Under the pieces are notes generated by a model that was given only the letters and a program-made list of their open reading frames with translations, did no database searches and had not been told where the DNA came from. This document shows, in pieces, positions 1-4,830 of a stretch of 5,222 bases of DNA. The translations under genes and the position numbers were made by a program. Each line of letters begins with the position of its first letter. Position 1 is the first letter of the stretch. The stretch lies in UHGV virus genome UHGV-0390915; one strand, given 5' to 3'. The DNA is from a virus.

Positions 1-640
1 GAGCAATAGTCGAATTAGCTAAACTCCGATCAATCGAAATACGAGCATTATCTACTGCAACCTGATGAGCAAACGACAAATCAAACTGACGAGCATTCTC
101 TTTACGATTAGCATCTGAAATATCTTTCTCAGTCTTATTACGTTCAGTAGCAATATTCTCATTAGACTGAGTCTGAACATCGACATTACGCTCATTAGAC
201 TTAGTCTGCATACCTGTAACCTCTTTCTGAGTAGTATTATGAGCTTCAGCAACCTTTTCATTAGACTGAGTCTGCATCTCTGTAACCTCTTTCTGAGCTT
301 GTATCTTATCCTTTTCAAGCATTGCACCGACAATCGTCTGTACCATCTGTAACACGCCCTGAGTATCAATCGGGGCAGAATTAGGCGGTTGCGGAGCATT
401 ACCGACAGCGGATTCCATAACGGCACCGCCATGAGCATACACAAGATTAGGATTAAGACCAGCTTCACGCAAGCGAGCCATCTGAGCAACGGGAGCATTG
501 TACGCATTCATTTTATCCTGCATCTCATTCATGCGCATCCATTGCTGATCAGATCTAGCCTGCGCATACTCATTATTAATGAAACCTCCAAGCAAAGAGG
601 ATCCAGCTCCAATTATTCCAGATATAACTGCGGGATTCAT
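1..640 (-). CDS. VP2: VP2 minor capsid / DNA pilot protein, N-terminal part (5' partial in this window). ATG at 640..638, reads through to position 2 with no stop.
   Basis: I translated the minus strand by hand from the ATG at 640: MNPAVISGIIGAGSSLLGGFINNEYAQARSDQQWMRMNEMQDKMNAYNAPVAQMARLREAGLNPNLVYAHGGAVMESAVGNAPQPPNSAPIDTQGVLQMVQTIVGAMLEKDKIQAQKEVTEMQTQSNEKVAEAHNTTQKEVTGMQTKSNERNVDVQTQSNENIATERNKTEKDISDANRKENARQFDLSFAHQVAVDNARISIDRSLANSTIA... This shows a Gly-rich hydrophobic N-terminus, the REAGLNPNL motif typical of gokushovirus VP2, and a long Q/E/K-rich repeat region that looks helical. It sits immediately downstream of VP1 (junction TGATGATATTATG), as in all Gokushovirinae. It is missing from the supplied ORF track because it runs off the window edge. 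The track's ORF 52..507(-) is an off-frame artefact of this gene. Confidence 0.85.
   Translation of the reverse strand, partial: MNPAVISGIIGAGSSLLGGFINNEYAQARSDQQWMRMNEMQDKMNAYNAPVAQMARLREAGLNPNLVYAHGGAVMESAVGNAPQPPNSAPIDTQGVLQMVQTIVGAMLEKDKIQAQKEVTEMQTQSNEKVAEAHNTTQKEVTGMQTKSNERNVDVQTQSNENIATERNKTEKDISDANRKENARQFDLSFAHQVAVDNARISIDRSLANSTIA
158..298. repeat. Imperfect tandem repeat inside VP2. The 33-nt unit cattagact(g/t)agtctg... starts at 160, 193 and 259. A longer 66-nt unit is at 191-256 and 257-322, whose first 42 nt differ at 4 positions.
   Basis: I compared the sequence directly: ctcattagactgagtctgaacat (158-180), ctcattagacttagtctgcatacctgtaacctctttctgag (191-231) and ttcattagactgagtctgcatctctgtaacctctttctgag (257-297). 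At the protein level this gives MQTQSNEKVAE / MQTKSNERNVD / VQTQSNENIAT (11-residue units) and QKEVTEMQT... / QKEVTGMQT... (22-residue units). Confidence 0.8.
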
Positions 641-647
641 AATATCA

Positions 648-2594
648 TCATCTTAAAACATTACCATCGTAACGAGCTAGCGGACGCAATACGTCCACAT
701 TATTATAAGTCACAGACAATACGTGATTATCTACGGGCTTATCCAAAACACGATCTACCAAAACCGGATCTTTATATCCAAAAGCGGTGAAATACATCTT
801 AGACTGCTCATTCAAATTATCAAAAGCTTTAGAATCAAGAATAAACGGATAAGAAACGCCCTCTGAACCAAAACTCATAATATCAGATAAACGAACTCTA
901 GAAGACAAACTAATATCGACTATTGTATCTCTAGAAGAAATCAAAGAAAAATCTGTAAAACTATCGAGAAGAAGAGGAACACCAGAATGAGATAAATAGA
1001 AAGCAGTAAATGAAGTTGAAATGCCATCGACATTAGTATCAATAACAGAAGCAAGTACATGTTTTCCAACATCTGGAGAATCCGAAACAAAAGTAAGAGA
1101 CTCTATACGAATATCATAAGATACCTTTTTAAAGTGTTCTATAGTAGAACCCTCACCAAAATTATTAACGACCTTAAAAACGACATCCTTAAAATTCAAA
1201 TCCTTAGGAACCCAACAAATACCAGTAAAAGGAATGGCTGCACCATCTTTATAAGAATAAGATGCAGGATCATTAGGATTCAAAACAACATCACTAACAA
1301 GACCCTTGAAAAGATGCAAAGAAAGCGGAGTATCTCTAAATGAAAATATACGATTATCAGGATGACAAGTAACAAAATCAGCAGATAATCGCTCCTTAGA
1401 AATATCTCTAGACATATGCCAATAATCAAGCGAACGCCTAAAATCACCTGATACTATATCATTACCATAACGATAATCATCATAACGAGGTACATAACCG
1501 AAAGCTTCATCTTTAGAACGAGTTACATCAAGTTCACGACCCTCTATCTCCTGATAACCTAAAGCCGAAAAATGAGGATTAAAGAAATCAAAATAAGTAC
1601 GTCTAGTAAACATCTTAGGACAACCGCCGATATTTGACGGTCTAGGACGAACGAAATGAAGACCAATAATCAATCCATGTTCATACACATCATACTGAAT
1701 CTGACCCGTACGATTAACAGAAACAGATTTACCATAACTTTCACCAACTGAACCAAGTTCAGAAGGAGCTGTCTGGTCAACATCTGACACATTAAGTACG
1801 TAACTATCACCACCTAGATACTTAGGTATTTGAACTCTAGCATCCAAAGGCTCAACACCGAAGAACTCCTTAATATAATTAGCATACTTACCACCAACAC
1901 GCAAAAGACGCTCGCGGAAAGACTGCAAACGCTCAGCGAGACGCATCTCTGGCACAGTAATAGTATTATTACCATCCATATCCAGCTGTACCATATTACC
2001 GTACTGCGTAGAGGTATGTGCGCTAGTAAAGTAATCGAGTCCCTCATTAACGTACATCACATTACCAATGTATTTGCGCAAAGAAGCACTACTAAAGTTT
2101 TCAGGGCGCAACTGATCAACATAACGTTCATCTAGATCTGACCTCATATAGTAGTGATTATATATAAGGTAATAAGCTAGTAGGGGAGTAGCATTAAGAT
2201 CCTTAAGCGCATTAGCAGGGTTAACATCTTCATTAGATGTAGCAAGTCCAAAATACTCTAGCAAAGGCTTCTCTAAAAAGAGATCCTTAAAGGTCTTAGC
2301 GCTATACTGTAAATACTTATCCATACCTGGAACAGTCTGACCACTATCAGGATCAGTTAATATCTGCTCATAGTTAGGTATAAGCAATCTATAAGGCACA
2401 TAATAGTACCTCTGGAAGTAATCAAGTCTATGCATCAGCGGAGATAACATAGGCTGTAAACGCACGAGTGTACTAGATTGTACACGATATTTATCACCCG
2501 GCACAACCTCCTGACAGAGGAAAGGAATAAGTTGGCCCATCTCAAAGCTAGATCTTACCTCATGATCTAGCGAATACTTAGTTAGATTTGGCAT
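648..2594 (-). CDS. VP1: VP1 major capsid protein (Microviridae F/VP1 family), 648 aa.
   Basis: This is the longest ORF. The N-terminus MPNLTKYSLDHEVRSSFEMGQLIPFLCQEVVPGDKY matches the conserved gokushovirus VP1 start (F..EV.PGD). Its size of about 650 aa is consistent with a gokushovirus VP1 carrying the large insertion loop. The tandem stop TGATGA is followed 4 nt later by the VP2 ATG. Confidence 0.95.
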   Translation of the reverse strand: MPNLTKYSLDHEVRSSFEMGQLIPFLCQEVVPGDKYRVQSSTLVRLQPMLSPLMHRLDYFQRYYYVPYRLLIPNYEQILTDPDSGQTVPGMDKYLQYSAKTFKDLFLEKPLLEYFGLATSNEDVNPANALKDLNATPLLAYYLIYNHYYMRSDLDERYVDQLRPENFSSASLRKYIGNVMYVNEGLDYFTSAHTSTQYGNMVQLDMDGNNTITVPEMRLAERLQSFRERLLRVGGKYANYIKEFFGVEPLDARVQIPKYLGGDSYVLNVSDVDQTAPSELGSVGESYGKSVSVNRTGQIQYDVYEHGLIIGLHFVRPRPSNIGGCPKMFTRRTYFDFFNPHFSALGYQEIEGRELDVTRSKDEAFGYVPRYDDYRYGNDIVSGDFRRSLDYWHMSRDISKERLSADFVTCHPDNRIFSFRDTPLSLHLFKGLVSDVVLNPNDPASYSYKDGAAIPFTGICWVPKDLNFKDVVFKVVNNFGEGSTIEHFKKVSYDIRIESLTFVSDSPDVGKHVLASVIDTNVDGISTSFTAFYLSHSGVPLLLDSFTDFSLISSRDTIVDISLSSRVRLSDIMSFGSEGVSYPFILDSKAFDNLNEQSKMYFTAFGYKDPVLVDRVLDKPVDNHVLSVTYNNVDVLRPLARYDGNVLR

Positions 2595-2597
2595 AGT

Positions 2598-2996
2598 TTA
2601 TAGATCTTCTATTAGTGAGTAATTCAGCAGGCGGGCAAACTCCCAAATGGAGGGCGTCCAACCTTGTTCAACGTGCCACATTGAGTACAACAAGACAACA
2701 TACTCCAAAGTAGTATCTATATCCTCATCCTCATTAATAAGCTGACCAACAAAGGAGATATAAGCGGCAGTATCATTACCATCTTCTTTAGGCGCCCAAT
2801 AACGTATTATATCACGAGGTGTTTTTGCATCATGAAGATTACGATAATTATAGACAAGAAGGAAAGCAGCACGGACACCGTACTTCATATCCGAGAACTG
2901 ACAGAAGCCATTCTTAGGCTCTGTTTGACCTTTCCAATTATTGGCGGGATTATACCGTATATTAAACGGATTATTTCTATACTTACACGTATTCAT
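2598..2996 (-). CDS. 132-aa acidic accessory protein of unknown function. Tentatively a lysozyme-like or peptidoglycan-hydrolase-like fold. This call rests on my recollection of the motifs and has not been searched.
   Basis: The ORF is MNTCKYRNNPFNIRYNPANNWKGQTEPKNGFCQFSDMKYGVRAAFLLVYNYRNLHDAKTPRDIIRYWAPKEDGNDTAAYISFVGQ... It contains N-P-x-N-I-R ... W-x-G, then G-F-x-x-F-x-x-x-x-x-G-x-R-A-x-x-x-L-x-x-N-Y, then T-P-x-x-I-I-x-x-W-A-P-x-x-x-x-N-D-T-x-x-Y. I recall this pattern from phage-encoded small lysozyme-like domains in Bacteroidetes-type phages. It is tightly coupled at both ends: TGA-6 nt-ATG after the upstream small membrane ORF, and TAA-ACT-ATG before VP1. It does not correspond to any core gokushovirus gene. 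Confidence 0.6.
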   Translation of the reverse strand: MNTCKYRNNPFNIRYNPANNWKGQTEPKNGFCQFSDMKYGVRAAFLLVYNYRNLHDAKTPRDIIRYWAPKEDGNDTAAYISFVGQLINEDEDIDTTLEYVVLLYSMWHVEQGWTPSIWEFARLLNYSLIEDL

Positions 2997-3002
2997 AGCA
3001 TA

Positions 3003-3200
3003 TCAGATTAAGAATACAGACCAACCAAAGGAGACTAAAAGCACTCCAATAGCTACAAGTAGCAAGATGATAGGGATGCGGAACTTACGCAACTTTGCGA
3101 AGAATCCGATTTTAGGTTTGAGAATACTCATATTACAAAGGGGATTTTTTGTTATTAGCGCGGATAGATTTAGACATACGGTCTTGTATGTAGCGCGCAT
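3003..3200 (-). CDS. Small protein with a basic N-terminus and a C-terminal transmembrane helix. It is 65 aa from the ATG at 3200, which overlaps the last 68 nt of VP4. More likely it is 42 aa from the ATG at 3131..3129, which lies 2 nt after the VP4 stop codon. Candidate holin-like or amurin-like membrane protein.
   Basis: The protein is MSILKPKIGFFAKLRKFRIP-IILLLVAIGVLLVSFGWSVFLI. Positions 5-18 carry seven K/R residues. The final 24 residues form one continuous hydrophobic segment that ends the protein. Junction with VP4: TTG TAA T ATG. Junction with the 132-aa ORF: TGA tatgct ATG. Confidence 0.55.
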   Translation of the reverse strand: MRATYKTVCLNLSALITKNPLCNMSILKPKIGFFAKLRKFRIPIILLLVAIGVLLVSFGWSVFLI

Positions 3201-4071
3201 TTTCTACATACTGTTTTACTGTTAGATTAGCGTCAGACGCGAGTTCAGATATACGGGCTGATTTAGCCTCAGGCGATATATCGGGGGCAATAGCTTCGCG
3301 CCATATCTCTGGCACTAGCTTCTTTAGATAGATACGCGGTAGCGTATAGGAGTGACCTCCGATAGCGTAAGTAGGATAGGATTCACCTAGTTTCAAGTGA
3401 TCCCAAAACCAACGGATAAAGGCAGGCTCACGCAGGAGCTGACAACCTAAACCTTGGCTAGCAACAATGAAACTAAACTTTTTCAGATAATACTCAACTA
3501 TATAACGATGCTGAAGATCTCTATTAGACCATATATGATTAAAGATATAATCTACTGATCGACCGGAAACCTTGACATTACGAAACTGCTTAGTAACATA
3601 CTTAGATAGATAATGTATCCGAGCAGGAGTGACAAAATCACATTGTATATTACCATAAGTCCAAACATCAGATATCAAACGGCGCATATCTGTGAGAGTC
3701 ATAGATCGATCAAGATATAATATCACATGATAGTGAGGTCTCAAAGACTCATCGCCATACTCGTGACAGAGGAAATACCGCACTTTGGCAGGCTGTAACG
3801 CCTTACGCAGGCGCTTAAGCCAGCGCTGATAATGATATTTCAAGGGCATACGCAAATTAGACGAAGCATGAAACGGAAGACCTAGCAGAGCGGTATCATT
3901 GTACGTCAAAGTACAGAAGAACGCAGATTCAGAGTACTGCAATTCAACTGTATTGCGGAACATCCAAGACGATCGTTTATTGCTTTGACAAGCGTAACAA
4001 GTACCACAGGGCACTTTGATAAATTTTCCCGTCTTAGGATTCAAGACTTGTATTTGATTAACACATAGCAT
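3133..4071 (-). CDS. VP4: VP4 replication initiation protein, a rolling-circle HUH endonuclease of Microviridae, 312 aa.
   Basis: All three superfamily motifs are present: motif I FFCTLTY, motif II (HUH) PHYHVILY, and motif III with catalytic tyrosines YLSKYVTKQ (Y..KY..K). The N-terminal Cys cluster VPCGTCYACQ is typical of gokushovirus Rep proteins. Confidence 0.95.
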   Translation of the reverse strand: MLCVNQIQVLNPKTGKFIKVPCGTCYACQSNKRSSWMFRNTVELQYSESAFFCTLTYNDTALLGLPFHASSNLRMPLKYHYQRWLKRLRKALQPAKVRYFLCHEYGDESLRPHYHVILYLDRSMTLTDMRRLISDVWTYGNIQCDFVTPARIHYLSKYVTKQFRNVKVSGRSVDYIFNHIWSNRDLQHRYIVEYYLKKFSFIVASQGLGCQLLREPAFIRWFWDHLKLGESYPTYAIGGHSYTLPRIYLKKLVPEIWREAIAPDISPEAKSARISELASDANLTVKQYVENARYIQDRMSKSIRANNKKSPL

Positions 4072-4116
4072 TTACTAGAATGAGTTATACGTTTAGTCCA
4101 AAAGCAGGCTTTTACA

Positions 4117-4139
4117 ATCTTAATAATCAAGAGTTACCC
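4117..4139 (-). promoter_or_regulatory. Motif gggtaaCTCTTGATTATTAAGat on the viral strand, about 55 nt upstream of the VP4 start. It loosely resembles the phiX174 origin nick region CAACTTG^ATATTAATAAC. Candidate Rep nick site.
   Basis: The similarity is a shared CTTGAT core followed by an A/T-rich tail. I judged this by eye only. Confidence 0.2.
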
Positions 4140-4179
4140 GCTCATGGAACAAATGTACTACAAATTATTTAGAGAGACA

Positions 4180-4207
4180 ACACCACAATGTATTTGGATC
4201 GTGGTGT
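4180..4207. other. Stem-loop 1. acaccac (4180-4186) pairs with gtggtgt (4201-4207) as a perfect 7-bp stem with a 14-nt loop.
   Basis: I checked the inverted repeat base by base. Confidence 0.6.
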
Positions 4208-4212
4208 CACTT

Positions 4213-4244
4213 GGCGATTACATGTCAAGTAATAGGTAATCGCC
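4213..4244. other. Stem-loop 2. ggcgattac (4213-4221) pairs with gtaatcgcc (4236-4244) as a perfect 9-bp stem with a 14-nt loop.
   Basis: I checked the inverted repeat base by base. Confidence 0.65.
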
Positions 4245-4267
4245 ATTCTCTTTCATCATATTAACGA

Positions 4268-4361
4268 GCGGGGGGGCGGTCCAAAGGACTTATTCGGCTA
4301 TTGCCATTGCCCCCACCTCAAAAGAGGTGAGGGGGGCAATGGACAAGCCATCAGCCCCCGC
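4268..4361. other. GC-rich nested structure. The inner hairpin (4304-4342) is ccattg-cccc-cacctc / aaaa loop / gaggtg-a-gggggg-caatgg, roughly 16 bp with a 3-nt bulge. It is enclosed by an outer 7-bp G/C stem, gcggggg (4268-4274) pairing with cccccgc (4355-4361).
   Basis: I traced the inverted repeats by hand. It contains runs of 7 G, 6 G, 5 C and 5 C. It starts right after the stop codon (4373-4375) of the 100-aa ORF. It is not followed by a T-tract on either strand. Confidence 0.65.
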
Positions 4362-4372
4362 ACTCATTAACA

Positions 4373-4675
4373 TCAATCGGCTACTGGAGCCGTACCAGTA
4401 TCAGCTGGCGCAGGTGCATCAACACTCACCGGCTGAACCTTAGCAAGTAGATTATCAACATCCGAAACAGTCATATGACGGAAATCATACTTAGTAAGAT
4501 CTGGAGTATCTAAAGTATCAGATGTATCTTCTGATAGAGACAATCCAACATTAAGAGCCTGACCATCCATTAGTTGTTTGACCAAGATCTTTAAATCTAC
4601 AGTCTGATTAGGCAAAGTATCAGACACTGTACTCTGTGGCGATCTAGCCACATACTTATAACTTCTCTTTTCCAT
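4373..4675 (-). CDS. 100-aa acidic protein with an Ala/Pro-rich C-terminal tail. Tentatively the internal scaffolding protein VP3.
   Basis: The ORF is MEKRSYKYVARSPQSTVSDTLPNQTVDLKILVKQLMDGQALNVGLSLSEDTSDTLDTPDLTKYDFRHMTVSDVDNLLAKVQPVSVDAPAPADTGTAPVAD. It is strongly acidic, as scaffolding proteins are. The segment QTVDLKILVKQLMDG is vaguely like the ECDINKIM...TG motif I recall from Chlamydia-phage VP3. If VP2 wraps around the circle, this is the only ORF left that could be VP3. Its start overlaps the upstream small ORF by 20 nt. Confidence 0.45.
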   Translation of the reverse strand: MEKRSYKYVARSPQSTVSDTLPNQTVDLKILVKQLMDGQALNVGLSLSEDTSDTLDTPDLTKYDFRHMTVSDVDNLLAKVQPVSVDAPAPADTGTAPVAD

Positions 4676-4793
4676 GATTATTAAAATTGCGAATCTTGCG
4701 AATTATACTAAGAGTCAATGTCACAATAACCCAAACAGCACACGCAAAAAAAGCAACCATAACAACATAGGTCAATAAATCTGCGAAATTCAT
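4656..4793 (-). CDS. Small single-pass membrane protein. It is 45 aa from the ATG at 4793. The ORF track extends it to 66 aa from a GTG at 4856, which would overlap the VP2 C-terminus by 26 nt.
   Basis: The protein is MNFADLLTYVVMVAFFACAVWVIVTLTLSIIRKIRNFNNHGKEKL. It has a short N-terminus, then a hydrophobic helix of about 26 residues, then a basic C-terminal tail (RKIRNFNNHGKEKL). It lies between the VP2 stop (4831) and the 100-aa ORF. Canonical gokushoviruses have no gene at this position. Confidence 0.5.
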   Translation of the reverse strand: MNFADLLTYVVMVAFFACAVWVIVTLTLSIIRKIRNFNNHGKEKL

Positions 4794-4830
4794 AGCTATA
4801 TAATTAGTTACGCGACAAAGATAAAACAAA

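Larger units (their letters stand above)
4072..4372. promoter_or_regulatory. Structured 301-nt intergenic region between the 100-aa ORF and VP4. It probably contains the VP4 promoter and is a candidate replication-origin or packaging element.
   Basis: It is the only sizeable non-coding stretch in the window. It contains three stem-loops (listed separately below) and a GC-rich island (4262-4372) inside an otherwise AT-rich genome. Confidence 0.7.

Noticed and set aside
52-507. 151-aa ORF on the minus strand with an odd LRKRL/LSLM-repeat composition
   Set aside because: It is an off-frame reading of the real VP2 gene (frame starting at 640). Its low-complexity repeats come from the 33/66-nt nucleotide repeats. 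The in-frame VP2 translation carries a clear gokushovirus VP2 signature.
389-790. 133-aa plus-strand ORF
   Set aside because: It is antisense to VP2 and to the VP1 3' end. Microviridae genes are all on one strand. The protein is low-complexity and has no recognisable motifs.
1059-1343. 94-aa plus-strand ORF (the ORF 1830..2135 is similar)
   Set aside because: Antisense to VP1. Lys/Ile/Asn-rich ORFs are expected when the antisense of a T-rich coding strand is translated. There is no supporting signal.
2941-3225. 94-aa plus-strand ORF spanning the junction between VP4 and the small ORF
   Set aside because: Antisense to three minus-strand genes that are coupled tail to head. It is hydrophobic and low-complexity, and is most likely spurious.
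4256-4284. Sigma70-like promoter TTGGAC-N17-TAATAT on the minus strand pointing toward VP4
   Set aside because: It matches only 3/6 and 4/6 consensus positions, and its -35 lies inside the G/C stem. I cannot distinguish it from chance. If the host is not SD- and sigma70-like, the consensus is irrelevant anyway.
4270-4336. G-runs (7 G and 6 G) as a possible G-quadruplex
   Set aside because: There are only two G-tracts per strand, about 55 nt apart. Hairpin pairing with the C-tracts explains them better.
4268-4361. GC-rich hairpin read as a rho-independent terminator after VP3
   Set aside because: There is no T/U-tract after the stem on either strand. It is more consistent with a structural element of an origin or packaging signal.
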